Source: an uncultured bacterium
Lineage (GTDB): Bacteria; Krumholzibacteriota; Krumholzibacteriia; LZORAL124-64-63
NCBI GenBank assembly: GCA_963727525.1
Contig: CAVSGO010000008.1
Coordinates: 96,001 to 160,000 of the forward strand
Reading direction: 5' to 3'
DNA: 64,000 nucleotides
Shown here: piece by piece, positions 9,131 through 18,850 of the stretch
Layout: each line of letters opens with the position of its first letter
How positions within the stretch are numbered: position 1 is the stretch's first letter
The notes under the pieces: model-generated
Database searches by the model: none
What the model was told of the DNA's origin: nothing
Seen by the model: the letters and a program-made list of their open reading frames with translations, nothing else
Program-made: the position numbers and the translations under genes

Positions 9131-10703
9131 TCAGCGGACGCCGACCGCCGGCAACACATAGTTCACCAGGAGGGTGTTGGTGAACGACTGGCGGTTGTAG
9201 TTGCCGCCGGTGAGCACGGCGATCAGGTCGTACTTCGGGAACCACCAGATTTCCTGGCCGCCGTTGCCCTGGGCTGCGATCGCATCCACGCGCGTGCGGC
9301 CCACGTTCAGGTAGGGGCGCCACCAGAGCCAGCCGTAGTCGGTGTCGCCGACCATGGCGTGGCTGGCCGTGGATTCGTCGACCCACTTCTGCGCGATGAT
9401 CTGTTTGCCGTGCCATGTCCCGCCCTGCGCGTAGAGCAATCCGAACTTCGCCATGTCGCGCGGGCGGAGGGAGAGTTGGCAGAACGTGCTCGCGCTGGAG
9501 GCGTCGGGGACGAAGCGCCAGCGCACGTCGGTGATGCCGAGCGGCGAGAAGAGGCGGTCGCGGGCGTACTGCGCGAGCGGGGTGCCGGTGAGCAGCTCCA
9601 CGAGGCGACCGAGCACGATGACGTTGCCCGAGCAGTAGGAACCACGGGTGCCGGGGGCGGCGACCGATCGGCAGATCGAGGATGAAGCGTACCCAGTCGT
9701 CGCTCGTGCCCATGCGCGTCTCGTTGCCGGGGGAGTCGGCGTCCCAGTCGTCGCAGGCGAGGCCCGATTGCTGGGAGAGCAGGTCGGCCACGGTGATGCG
9801 GCGCTTGTCCGCGGTGATGTGGTCGAGGTGCGGATATGCGGAGCTGAAGAACGGCAGGACCGGGGCGGCCGGGCCGGGGATCGCGCCGTCGGCGATGGCC
9901 AGGCCCACGAGCGCGGAGACGAAGCTCTTGGTGGCCGAGCGGAGCTGGTGCGGGGTGTCGCGATCGTACTCGTAGAAGTACTCCTCGAGGGCGAGCTTGC
10001 CGTGCCGCAGCAGGAGGATGCTGTGGGTGTGCGGATAGTCGCCGCGGGCCAGGCGCTGCACCATGGTGGCCAGGACCGTGGTGTCGAGCCCCACGGACGC
10101 GGGCTCTGCCGTGGGCAGGCCGTCGTCGAGCTGCGGCGGGCGCCGGCAATGGTAGCGATAGGTGCTGTCGCGGGCGGCGAGGCGCGGGTACCAGATGCGC
10201 GGCGACAGGGCGAGGTCGGGTGTGAGGCGTCGATACGGCGTGTCGGGGGCGGCGGCGACCGAGTAGCCCGTGACGTGGCCGTGGGCGTCGCGGACGAAGG
10301 TGACGAGCTGGCCGGCGGCGTCGCGGAAGACGTCGCGCGTGGGGGTGGGCTCCAGCGGGTAGAAGGCGCCGTCGATGATCGCGTACAGGGTGGTGTCGAC
10401 CGGGGAGAGGGCGAGGTCGAGGGTGGTGCCGCCGCGATACTCGTAGTGGCCGACGTAGTCGTCGAGATCGGCGGCGCTCAGGTCGGGCCGGGTGACGGCC
10501 ACGAGGGTCATGCCGCAGATCGGGCAGGTGCCCGGCGCGTCCCACACGTACTGCGGGCCGGAGCAGCCGGCGCCGCACGGGGGGCACACGTAGCGCGTGC
10601 GGGCGGCGAGCGTGTCGGCCGGCGCGGGAGAGGCGCCGGCATGGCCGGCCAATACGGCCAGCACGAGGCAGGTCGCGACGAGGCCGCGAGTGCCCCGCGT
10701 CAT
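9131..10703 (-). pseudogene. serine hydrolase (class C beta-lactamase-like) with N-terminal heavy-metal-binding Cys domain; apparent +1 frameshift near 9667 (likely sequencing indel)
   Basis: Signal peptide; CPPCG...PGTCPICGM; HQLRSATKS (SxxK); removing one base restores PMVAAPGTRGSYCSG; LRPRDMAKFG, YGWLWW, GNGGQ. Confidence 0.85.
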
Positions 10704-11320
10704 CCCACCATCGCCACGAGCGCGATCGTCATGTCCGGGAAGCCGATCACGCGCAGGCGGGAGGTGCAGGCGCGGCCCGGCGCGAGGGTGTCGGTCAACG
10801 TGACGCGGCAGGTGACCACCTGCTCCACGCCGGGCGCGAGCGAGAAGCGTTCCGGATCCACGGTCAGAGGGAGGCGGCCGATGGTCTGGCCGTCGGGGTC
10901 GACGAAGGCCGCGGCCTCGAAGCTCACGTCCACGGCTTCGGGCTGGTTGTTGGCCACCACGAAGGGGCGGGCCACCTGCTCGCCGGCCTTGCCGGTGAAG
11001 GTGAGGGAGGCGCTGGTGCCGGCACCAGAGGTGCCGGCGCCACTCGTGCGGGAGCTGGTGGCGGCCACGTCGCTCGCCATGCGGTCCTGCAGGTCGAGGC
11101 CGATGTCGAGCAGGCGGTTCCAGTAGTCGAGATAGGCGCGCGTGACGGCGCGGGCGTAGGTGCCGCCCTCGTCGCGGGCGAGGCCGAGCGCGCGGTCGGC
11201 CACCTTGTCGTAGGCGAGCTTGCCCGTCGCCACGTCGCGCATGGTGTTGCCGTACAGGCGCCACATGCCGACACCGAGGTCGACGCTCCGGGACACGAGG
11301 TCGTTCCAGCCGCGATCCAT
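10700..11320 (-). CDS. hypothetical protein (amphipathic helical N-terminus, Ig-like C-terminus)
   Basis: GAGG RBS; ATGA overlap with the next gene; strong GC3 bias; V.N...P..FSLAPG motif. Confidence 0.85.
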   Translation of the reverse strand: MDRGWNDLVSRSVDLGVGMWRLYGNTMRDVATGKLAYDKVADRALGLARDEGGTYARAVTRAYLDYWNRLLDIGLDLQDRMASDVAATSSRTSGAGTSGAGTSASLTFTGKAGEQVARPFVVANNQPEAVDVSFEAAAFVDPDGQTIGRLPLTVDPERFSLAPGVEQVVTCRVTLTDTLAPGRACTSRLRVIGFPDMTIALVAMVG

Positions 11321-11331
11321 CGTCTTGCCTC

Positions 11332-12177
11332 CTAGCCCTTGCGCTTCTTCTTCGCGGTCTTCTTGCGCGGCGCGGTCTTGCTCGCCACGGATCGCGACGC
11401 GGTAACGGTGGTGCCCGCGGCCGTGCCTGCCACGGCGCCGGTGGCCGCGGTGCGCCCGCCGGTGGGATTGTTCGGGCCTACGGGATCATTCGGCGTGCGG
11501 CCCACCGGCTCGAAGCACGGTTCCTCGCACTGGAAGTGGTCGGACCACCGGTGTTCGCGCACGCGCATGGGCATCTCGCCCTGCTCCACGTCGCAGTGGG
11601 GGCGCGCCTCCGGCTCCACGTCGATACGCAGCTTGACGCACTGCTCGTAGAGGCCGCGGACGGCGATCTCGCCGGTGTAGGTGCGGCCCGCCTCGAAACC
11701 CTCGGCGAGGCTGGCGACCACGAACACCTGCACTGCTTGCCCGGGCGCCAGCGTGGCGCTCTGCGGATCGAGGTTGGGTGTCACGCCGGAGCCGACGCCG
11801 TCGCTCTCGAGGGCGGTGGGCACGAACGTGAAGGTGCGCGTCTGCGTGCCGGTGTTGGTGACGCGCACGGTGCCGCGCACCACATCGCGCGGGTTGGCCT
11901 GCCAGGCCAGCTCGCACACGCAGCGGGGCGGACAGCAGGTTTCGGGCACCTCGCAGGTGCTGCGCGGACGGCAGCCGCAGGAGCTGCTGCTCCCCATCGT
12001 GCCGCTGCGCAGGTTCGACACGTAGCCATCCCACATGGAGCGGCCGAGCTTCAGCGAGGGCTCCCACATCCGCGTGTACTGCGTGTAGGCCTGGCTGCCC
12101 AGGCGCAGGGCCTCGCGTACGAAGCCCTCGAGATCGGTCGTGGAACTCGAAGCATTGATCTTCGTGGTCTTGATCAT
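11332..12177 (-). CDS. hypothetical Cys-rich protein with Ig-like domain and Lys-rich tail
   Basis: CGC...CEVPETCCPPRCVC; VTN...LAPGQ; HCD...HFQCEEPC; ATGA overlap. Confidence 0.85.
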   Translation of the reverse strand: MIKTTKINASSSTTDLEGFVREALRLGSQAYTQYTRMWEPSLKLGRSMWDGYVSNLRSGTMGSSSSCGCRPRSTCEVPETCCPPRCVCELAWQANPRDVVRGTVRVTNTGTQTRTFTFVPTALESDGVGSGVTPNLDPQSATLAPGQAVQVFVVASLAEGFEAGRTYTGEIAVRGLYEQCVKLRIDVEPEARPHCDVEQGEMPMRVREHRWSDHFQCEEPCFEPVGRTPNDPVGPNNPTGGRTAATGAVAGTAAGTTVTASRSVASKTAPRKKTAKKKRKG

Positions 12178-12965
12178 CGCGGACCTCCCTCGGCAATCTT
12201 GCCGGTGGTCACCTCGAGCACGACGGCGGCGTTGTACAGCTCGAGTCGAGCCTGGTAGCGGCGGTGTGACTGCAAGCCCTCGGGCAACGTGATGGTGGCC
12301 TCGCCGGCGCGGGTCTCGCCGGGCTGCAGCGTCTCGTCGGGCCGGTCGAGCAGCACGAGCCCCGCCTGCTGGTGCGAGTACGCGCAGAGCAGTTCGCGCA
12401 GGGGATCGCTCTCGGGATCTTCGCAGGCGCGCGCGCTGCCCTCGCGCAGGGCGGCACGCTCCTCGATGACGTCGACGAGCATGGCCGCGCAGCGCTCGCC
12501 CAGGCGCACGGGCACGTTGCCCGCGTTCTCAACGACGAAGCGGCGCGTGAACTTGCGTTCGCCCTCGGTGAAGAGCCACACCACGTCGGGGCTGATGCGC
12601 AGGTCGAGATTGTCGACCACGTGCAGCACCACGCGCTGCGTGCGGTCGCCGACGGTGATCTCGGCCTCGTAGGTGCCGGGCGCCGTGCGCGGATCGAGGC
12701 GCACCGTGGCCGGGGCGGCACCCTGGGCGCCGGGGGCGATGCGGGCCGCCACCTCGAGCGACGCCACGGGCTGGCGCGCGATGCCGGCGAGCGTCACTCC
12801 CGCATTCTTGCGGGCGGCGAGCGGTATCTGTTGGAGCTTGAGCTTCTCGCCCGTGGGATTGGACAGGCGCAGCTTCCCCCGCAACGCGGCGGGCGGACCG
12901 TAGAACACGGGCGGGTCGTCCTTGCCGTGCATGAGGACGAGGCCGGTGGTGGACGCGTCGATCAT
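12174..12965 (-). CDS. hypothetical protein with two Ig-like beta-sandwich segments
   Basis: GGAGGTG RBS before 12965; LDPRTAPGTY, VENAGNVP, LQPGETR. Confidence 0.85.
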   Translation of the reverse strand: MIDASTTGLVLMHGKDDPPVFYGPPAALRGKLRLSNPTGEKLKLQQIPLAARKNAGVTLAGIARQPVASLEVAARIAPGAQGAAPATVRLDPRTAPGTYEAEITVGDRTQRVVLHVVDNLDLRISPDVVWLFTEGERKFTRRFVVENAGNVPVRLGERCAAMLVDVIEERAALREGSARACEDPESDPLRELLCAYSHQQAGLVLLDRPDETLQPGETRAGEATITLPEGLQSHRRYQARLELYNAAVVLEVTTGKIAEGGPR

Positions 12966-12976
12966 GAGCGCACCTC

Positions 12977-13408
12977 CTAGCGGCAGGCCTCGGAACGTCG
13001 GGGTACGTACTTCTCGGTGATCACCTGCGTCTCGCCACACAGCGAGAACCGCAACACCTCCAGGCCCAGGATCGACAGGCCGAGGTCGTAGTGCGACGGC
13101 ACGTGCGCCCGCACGCTCGGGATCTCCTTGATCGCGATATCGATCTGCGGCAGCTCCTTCACCGCGAATTCGATGCGCGGCATCTCCTTCACGGCGATAT
13201 CCACCTGCGGCAGTTCCTTCACGGCGACGTCGTACTGCGGCATCTCCTTGATCGCGAACTCGATCCGCGGCATCTCCTTGACGTGGATGTCCGGGATCTC
13301 CTTGACGCGGATGTTATCCAGGTCGGCATCGACGTGAATGGTCTCGCCATTGCTGCCCAGCTCCACGTTGAACGTGTAGGTGGTGGGAACTCTGACCGAA
13401 GTACTCAC
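12977..13408 (-). CDS. hypothetical protein with 10-aa tandem repeats [VI]KE[MLI]Px[IV][DE][IF]A
   Basis: GTG start with GGAGG RBS; seven KE[IML]P motifs; C-terminal FSLCGETQVITEKYVPRRSEACR. Confidence 0.8.
   Translation of the reverse strand: MSTSVRVPTTYTFNVELGSNGETIHVDADLDNIRVKEIPDIHVKEMPRIEFAIKEMPQYDVAVKELPQVDIAVKEMPRIEFAVKELPQIDIAIKEIPSVRAHVPSHYDLGLSILGLEVLRFSLCGETQVITEKYVPRRSEACR
13118..13315 (-). repeat. coding 30-bp tandem repeat (about 7 units, two of 24 bp)
   Basis: Units of CGG(C/G)A(T/G)(C/T)TCCTT... recur at 13118, 13148, 13178, 13208, 13238, 13268 and 13292. Confidence 0.85.
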
Positions 13409-13664
13409 AAGCGGACCTCCGGGTCCGAGAGATCGGGGGATCGGTATAGGGGGGCAGTATAGCCGAGGGCGCGGCAAATACAAGAGCATCAAGGTTCGAT
13501 ATCTGCGGAGTGGGTCGAATGGCGGATCAGGCGTCGCGGTGAAAGTCCTATGTCGGTTGCCTTGGGTTTGGGTATAGCGATGATGATGTATTGTGTTCTT
13601 TTCGTCTAATTCGTATGCTCCCTTCCCACATCGAGAAGATGGGTCCAGCACCCCGGACTCCCGG

Positions 13665-15419
13665 TCAATCCGAAGTCCTCACCGGACGGAACCCGCCGTA
13701 GCGGCCGGAACTGCTCGGCGTGTCGACGCTCCGCTTGGCCGAACGGCACCCCTGCGCATAGTTGACCCAGCTCCCGCCGCGGATCACCCGGACCGTACCG
13801 GTGGCCGGGCCTGCGGGGTCCGTCACGTAAATGTCATCTCCATAACTGCCGTACCAGTCGTTGCACCATTCCCAGAGGTTGCCGTGCAAATCGTACAGCC
13901 CCCAGGCGTTGGCCTGCTTCTGGGCCACGGGATGCGACCAATCGCCCGCATTTCCGCAGTACCAGCCCACCGCGTCCAGATTCTGGTCGACGGGATCGCA
14001 TCCGGTGTCGATGAGCGGCCCGTCCGTGAACGCAGACCAGCACCCGGCCCGACACGCGTACTCCCACTCCGCCTCCGTCGGCAGGCGAAACCCCTGCGCG
14101 TTGTACGGATCGTGGTCGTTGCATCGCCAGGTGCCGTGATCGTATGCCCGAGGCAAGCTCCGCTGCAGGCTCAGCCAGTCGCAATACGCCGCCGAGCCGT
14201 ACCAGGTCACCTCGTGGACAGGGTAGTCCTGCTTGCCGTCATTCACGGTGAACGTCTCGCCGTCGAAAGCGATGTCGCAGGCGGGACTGCCCAGGGCGAG
14301 AAGCTCGCGAACCGAACCGTCCAGGTTGTCGAACAGGCTCGTGCTGGTTGCCGTGCAGTAGCCGTGATCATAGGCCCACTGTGCGAGGTCCCGGTATTGC
14401 TGGTTCGTCACTTCCGTCGCTTGCATGTAGAATCCATGCAGCAAGTTCACGTCGTGCCTGACCTCGTCCCTTTCCCGCTCCGGTTCACTTGCCGGGCTGC
14501 CCATATAGAAGTAGTTGCCAGTAATGACCGAGACAGCGGCGAACCCCGTCGGTGTACCCGAATTGTCGTAGCTCCCCGTGAACGTGATGGCTCCGTTCGC
14601 CGCCAGCCACAGGGTCCGCGTCTCTGGACTCGGAGGTGTCCAGCCCATCACGGCCCCCCACGTCACGGTGTAGCTGCCGGACGCCATGTTCTCCAGCGTC
14701 GTGTCTTCATGGCCCGAGAGGCTGAAGCCTTCCGGCCCCGAGATCTGCCATGGTCCGTTCGCGTCGTCCGGCACGACGTCGATCGTGATCGTCCCGGGGT
14801 GCGGCGAATAGGTCACCGTGAACGTCACCGATCCGTTCGCCGACAGCATCTGTGTCACCGTCGCCGGATCAGGCGTCGTCCAGTCCGGCAACTCGCCCCA
14901 GGTCAGCGTGTAGCTGCCCGCCGCGACCTCGTCGAGCGTCGTGTCCCCAATGCCCGTCTGGCTGAAGCCGTCCGGCCCCGCGATCTGCCAGGGCGCATTC
15001 GCCCGATTGGGCTCGGGGTCGATCGTGATCGTACGACGCTGCGCGACATAGGTCCCTGCGAAGGCCACCGTCCCGTACACCGTCAGGGTCTGCGTCACCG
15101 TCGCCGGGCTCGGCGTCTCCCAGTCCACTACCGCGCCCCACGCGAGCGTGTAGTCGCCCGGCCGCATGTCCTCCAGGACCTCGTCCCCGTCACCCGACTG
15201 CTCGAAGCCACTCGGTCCCGTGATCTGCCACGGCGGGGCAACGCTATTCGGCTCCGCATTGATCGTGACCGTGCCAACCTGCGGCACGCCGGGATCATCG
15301 TCGCCGCAACCCACGATGCCGATGGAAATGGAGAGCACGAGCATCACGCCGCAGAAGCGCGCAGACGCCACACTAGAGCGCTGCCTCATCCCGGGCACCA
15401 GAAAAGAGTGCAAATTCAT
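13665..15419 (-). CDS. lipoprotein with three Ig/PEGA-like repeats and a C-terminal FGE-sulfatase (SUMF1) domain
   Basis: Lipobox IVGC; 3x TITI..EP....PWQI.GP.GF...G.YTL.WG; FYMGSP, TEVT, RLPTEAEWEYACRAG, NAWGLYDLHGNLWEW, RGGSW, GFR. Confidence 0.9.
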   Translation of the reverse strand: MNLHSFLVPGMRQRSSVASARFCGVMLVLSISIGIVGCGDDDPGVPQVGTVTINAEPNSVAPPWQITGPSGFEQSGDGDEVLEDMRPGDYTLAWGAVVDWETPSPATVTQTLTVYGTVAFAGTYVAQRRTITIDPEPNRANAPWQIAGPDGFSQTGIGDTTLDEVAAGSYTLTWGELPDWTTPDPATVTQMLSANGSVTFTVTYSPHPGTITIDVVPDDANGPWQISGPEGFSLSGHEDTTLENMASGSYTVTWGAVMGWTPPSPETRTLWLAANGAITFTGSYDNSGTPTGFAAVSVITGNYFYMGSPASEPERERDEVRHDVNLLHGFYMQATEVTNQQYRDLAQWAYDHGYCTATSTSLFDNLDGSVRELLALGSPACDIAFDGETFTVNDGKQDYPVHEVTWYGSAAYCDWLSLQRSLPRAYDHGTWRCNDHDPYNAQGFRLPTEAEWEYACRAGCWSAFTDGPLIDTGCDPVDQNLDAVGWYCGNAGDWSHPVAQKQANAWGLYDLHGNLWEWCNDWYGSYGDDIYVTDPAGPATGTVRVIRGGSWVNYAQGCRSAKRSVDTPSSSGRYGGFRPVRTSD

Positions 15420-15507
15420 TGAGTATCTCCCCCCGCCCCTCGCGGTCATGGACGATTCGAGTCAGCAACTCGATCCACGCCACAGCATGATCGCAAAGGA
15501 CCTCATA

Positions 15508-15537
15508 ATAGTAGCGTCCGCGAACGTATCCCGCCAA
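15508..15537 (-). promoter_or_regulatory. putative promoter, duplicated at 16787-16816
   Basis: TTGGCG-N18-TACTAT upstream of the FGE gene. Confidence 0.4.
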
Positions 15538-15540
15538 TCT

Positions 15541-16722
15541 TTAACGAAATAGAGCCTTCAACGCCCCCCAACTCATCGGCGTCACCGGCACCGAGACGGG
15601 GGAGAAGGGTTCGAAGTCGATGATTACGCGATGTATCCAGTCTGGAGGCTCGTAGTCGCTATGGTCGTCGATCCACGCCGAAATCTGATCAGGGTCGTCG
15701 GTGCCCCAGTAGTTGCCACTCAAGTCGACGTGACAGGGATCAGGGCAGTTGACATCCCCTGCAACGACCTTTACGGACATCCCCCCGCCATTGAGAATAT
15801 CATTGCCATGAAAGTCCATGAAACTACGCGCCGCATCTGCGCCCACGTGAAAGGTGACGCGACTACAGCCCTCGAGGACATTGCCCGAACCGATCAGCGA
15901 GCCCCACTGCTCGAAGTACAACCCATCCACTCCGGCCGCGATACGGCACCCATACATCTGCACGTCCGAACTCGAAATTGCAACCGCGCTCGTTCCCGCC
16001 CGCTCGCAGAATTGACAGTCGCGAAGTTCCACCTGGGCGCCTTCGTAGATGCCGACGTGGGTGCGCCCGCCGTGGATGACACAGTCCTGGATCAACGTGT
16101 GCGGACAGTGCGCGATATAAATCGCTTTGTCATTATCATAGAATTCGCAAGATCGCAAGACTCCGTTGTCTGTCGTGTCTACGAAGAACAATGCTACATC
16201 TAGGTTATCGCGAAACACCGAATTTTCGATCGTATTTCCGCCACGCGCCCAGGTGATGATACCGGTATTGCTGCTGCCGTCGATTTCACAATGATCGACA
16301 TCGACCGCTAGCCCAAAGAAGAATACGCCGCTTACGAGACCCAATATCTTGAGATCCCGGAGATGCAGCACACCGTCATTGATCATCGAGACACCATTTA
16401 TGTCAGTGTCTCCATAGCCCTCAGGCGGGATCCCACCGATGATCGTCTCCCCGATGCCAGCGCCGATGATCGTCAGTTCGTCCTGCGTAGCCTGTGCGCA
16501 CGAATACACGTTCCATTCTCCATTGAACCACGCCCATGCGTAGTCCGAGAACGTCCCCGGGCCGATTTGAATCGTATCACCAGAGGCCGCGAGATCGATT
16601 GCCGTCTGGATGATCGTGGCATCGCCGCTGCCGTCCTTCTCGACCCGCCAGGTTCTCGCTGAGGTGACGTTTGCGGCCACGAAGACGATGAAGATCGGGA
16701 TCAGATGTATGTGGCCGCGCAT
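15541..16722 (-). CDS. secreted right-handed parallel beta-helix protein (paralog 3), SWGALKALFR tail
   Basis: Signal peptide; IQTAIDLAASGDTIQIGPG; beta-helix rungs; NYWG; near-identical to 16817 and 18851. Confidence 0.9.
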   Translation of the reverse strand: MRGHIHLIPIFIVFVAANVTSARTWRVEKDGSGDATIIQTAIDLAASGDTIQIGPGTFSDYAWAWFNGEWNVYSCAQATQDELTIIGAGIGETIIGGIPPEGYGDTDINGVSMINDGVLHLRDLKILGLVSGVFFFGLAVDVDHCEIDGSSNTGIITWARGGNTIENSVFRDNLDVALFFVDTTDNGVLRSCEFYDNDKAIYIAHCPHTLIQDCVIHGGRTHVGIYEGAQVELRDCQFCERAGTSAVAISSSDVQMYGCRIAAGVDGLYFEQWGSLIGSGNVLEGCSRVTFHVGADAARSFMDFHGNDILNGGGMSVKVVAGDVNCPDPCHVDLSGNYWGTDDPDQISAWIDDHSDYEPPDWIHRVIIDFEPFSPVSVPVTPMSWGALKALFR

Positions 16723-16738
16723 GGCGTCCCTCCTCGCT

Positions 16739-16768
16739 GCGGGGTGGAGCCGCGAGGCTCCACCCCGC
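16739..16768. repeat. intergenic GC hairpin repeat, copy 1 (13-bp stem, GCGA loop)
   Basis: GCGGGGTGGAGCC-GCGA-GGCTCCACCCCGC just upstream of the RBS of a beta-helix gene. Confidence 0.85.
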
Positions 16769-16786
16769 CTTTGGCCTCCGGTTCTG

Positions 16787-16816
16787 ATAGTAGTGTCCGC
16801 GAGCGTACCCCGTCAA
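16787..16816 (-). promoter_or_regulatory. putative promoter
   Basis: TTGACG-N18-TACTAT. Confidence 0.45.
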
Positions 16817-18004
16817 TCATCGACGAAACAGAGACTTCAATGCCCCCCAGCTCGTCGGCGTCACCGGCACCGAGACGGGGGAGAAGGGTTCGAAGTCGAT
16901 GATGGATTGATGGTCCCAATGGGGAGGGTGAAAGTCGTAATAGTCGTAGATCCACGTTGCAATCAGATCGGGGTCGTCGGTACCCCAGTAATTGCCACTT
17001 AGGTCGACATGACAGGGTTCGCTGGGACAATTATCATCCGAAGCCACGTTTATAACTGAATATCCCCGGCCGTTGAGAATATCATTGCCATGAAAGTCCA
17101 TGAAACTACGCGTCGCATCTGCCCCCACGTGAAAGGTGACGCGACTACAGCCCTCGAGGACGTTGCCCGAGCCGATCAGCGACCCCCATTGTTCGAAGTA
17201 CAGCCCGTCCACCCCGGCCGCGATACGACAGTTATACATCCGCACATCCGAACTCGAAATGTAGACCGCGCTCGTAGCCCCCCGCTCGCAGAACTGGCAG
17301 TCGCGTAGCTCCACATGGGCGCCTTCGAAGACGCCGACGTGGTTGCGCCCGCCGTGGATGACACAATCCTGGATAAACGTATGAGGACAGTGGCTAATAT
17401 AGATCGCCTCGTCATTGTCATAGAACTCGCAAGATCGCACGATACCGTTATCTGATGTGCTCGCGAAATACATACCTACATCGTGATTGTCGCGAAACAC
17501 CGAATTCTTAATCGCATTTCCGCCACGCGCCCAGGTGACAACACCGGTATTGCTGTTGCCATCGATCTCACAATGATCGATATCGAGCACTGAACCTTCG
17601 AAATGCACACCGTTTACTAGACCCACTATCTCGAGATCCCTGAGATGCAGCACGCCGTCATTGATCATCGAGATACCGTTTATATCAGTATCTCCGTAGT
17701 CCTCGGGCGGGATCCCACCAATGATCGTCTCCCCAATGCCGGCGCCGATGATCGTCAGTTCGTCCTGTGTCGCCTGGGCGCATGAGTACACGTTCCATTC
17801 CCCGTTATACCACGCCCATGCGAAGTCCGAGAACGTCCCCGGGCCGATCTGTATCGTATCGCCAGAGGCCGCGAGATCAATTGCTGTCTGGATCACCGTA
17901 GCATCGCCGCTGCCGTCCTTCTCGACGCGCCAGGTCCGCGCAGGTGCAGTGGCGGCGGCTGCCAGGGCGATGATGATCAGGATCAGATGTGTGAGACCGC
18001 GCAT
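16817..18004 (-). CDS. secreted right-handed parallel beta-helix protein (paralog 2), SWGALKSLFRR tail
   Basis: Same architecture as paralog 3; GAGGAGGG RBS before 18004. Confidence 0.9.
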   Translation of the reverse strand: MRGLTHLILIIIALAAAATAPARTWRVEKDGSGDATVIQTAIDLAASGDTIQIGPGTFSDFAWAWYNGEWNVYSCAQATQDELTIIGAGIGETIIGGIPPEDYGDTDINGISMINDGVLHLRDLEIVGLVNGVHFEGSVLDIDHCEIDGNSNTGVVTWARGGNAIKNSVFRDNHDVGMYFASTSDNGIVRSCEFYDNDEAIYISHCPHTFIQDCVIHGGRNHVGVFEGAHVELRDCQFCERGATSAVYISSSDVRMYNCRIAAGVDGLYFEQWGSLIGSGNVLEGCSRVTFHVGADATRSFMDFHGNDILNGRGYSVINVASDDNCPSEPCHVDLSGNYWGTDDPDLIATWIYDYYDFHPPHWDHQSIIDFEPFSPVSVPVTPTSWGALKSLFRR

Positions 18005-18020
18005 GGCGTCCCTCCTCGCA

Positions 18021-18050
18021 GCGGGGTGGAGCCGCGAAGCTCCACCCCAC
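18021..18050. repeat. intergenic hairpin repeat, copy 2
   Basis: GCGGGGTGGAGCCGCGAAGCTCCACCCCAC. Confidence 0.8.
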
Positions 18051-18065
18051 ATGTGGCCTCCGGTT

Positions 18066-18850
18066 CTACTTCACCAGCACGAGGCGCTGGGTCTGGCTGA
18101 TGCCCGCGGCGACGAAGCGGGCGAAATACACCCCGCTCGCAAGCCGCCGGCCTTGGTCGTCGACTCCTTGCCAGGTCACGCTATGAGTGCCTGCCGTCTG
18201 CATACCCTGGACCAGGTGATGCACGAGCCGACCACTCACGTCGTAGATGACGAGATCGACGTCCCCCGCCGCCGGGATACTGAATTCTAGCACGGTTTGC
18301 GGGTTGAATGGGTTCGGAGCCGCCGGCTGGAGCTGTGCCGCCTCGATGACCGTCGTGAACCGCGCATGGGGCGCCGACAGCTCGGTCATCCCCGGCAACG
18401 CTGGCACGAATACCGGGTCGATCGCCAGGCCCGTCGCTCCTTCCACCTTCATCCAGGTCTCGGCGTCGGCGCATAGCCAGCCCTGATGGCCGTCGCTGCT
18501 GGTCGTGTAGCCGATCGCCGCGCCGCCGCCGGCGCCCGGTGCCTCGTACTCGCTCCCCTGCGGGAATTCGAAGAGGCAGTAGAGGCCCGCCGAATGGCAG
18601 GCGAATGGCTGAGCGAAATCTACCTGGCTCCAGCTCAGGGACGTGCCCTGGACGTCGGACGCCACCTCGATTGCGTCGCTCAGGCCGACGGGCGTGTCGG
18701 CCGTGCCGCTGGCGACCAGCACCCGCGGGAAAACCACCGCGCCGTCGTTGTTGTACCAGCGCACGCCCGCGACGGCCATGCCGTCAGGGACGGGCACCCA
18801 GATTGCGGCGTACGAGTTCTCCAGCACCGGGGTCATTCCCAGGAAGCAGC
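18066..18850 (-). pseudogene. 5'-truncated duplicate of the FlgD-Ig protein 20098-20961 (signal peptide and RBS missing; in-frame ATG at 18836)
   Basis: Homology starts at GGC TGC TTC CTG GGA ATG, immediately at the stop codon of the upstream gene; PNPFNP C-terminal domain intact. Confidence 0.7.

Noticed and set aside
8709-11264. 851-aa ORF as a single protein
   Set aside because: Only 10703 to about 9667 is real (hydrolase N-terminal part); the rest is off-frame overlap with neighbouring genes
13118-13315. Regular 30-bp periodicity as a CRISPR array
   Set aside because: Contiguous in-frame coding repeats with no unique spacers and no cas genes
13420-13660. Intergenic region as a DGR template repeat
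   Set aside because: No similarity to the FGE gene 3' end and no reverse transcriptase in the window
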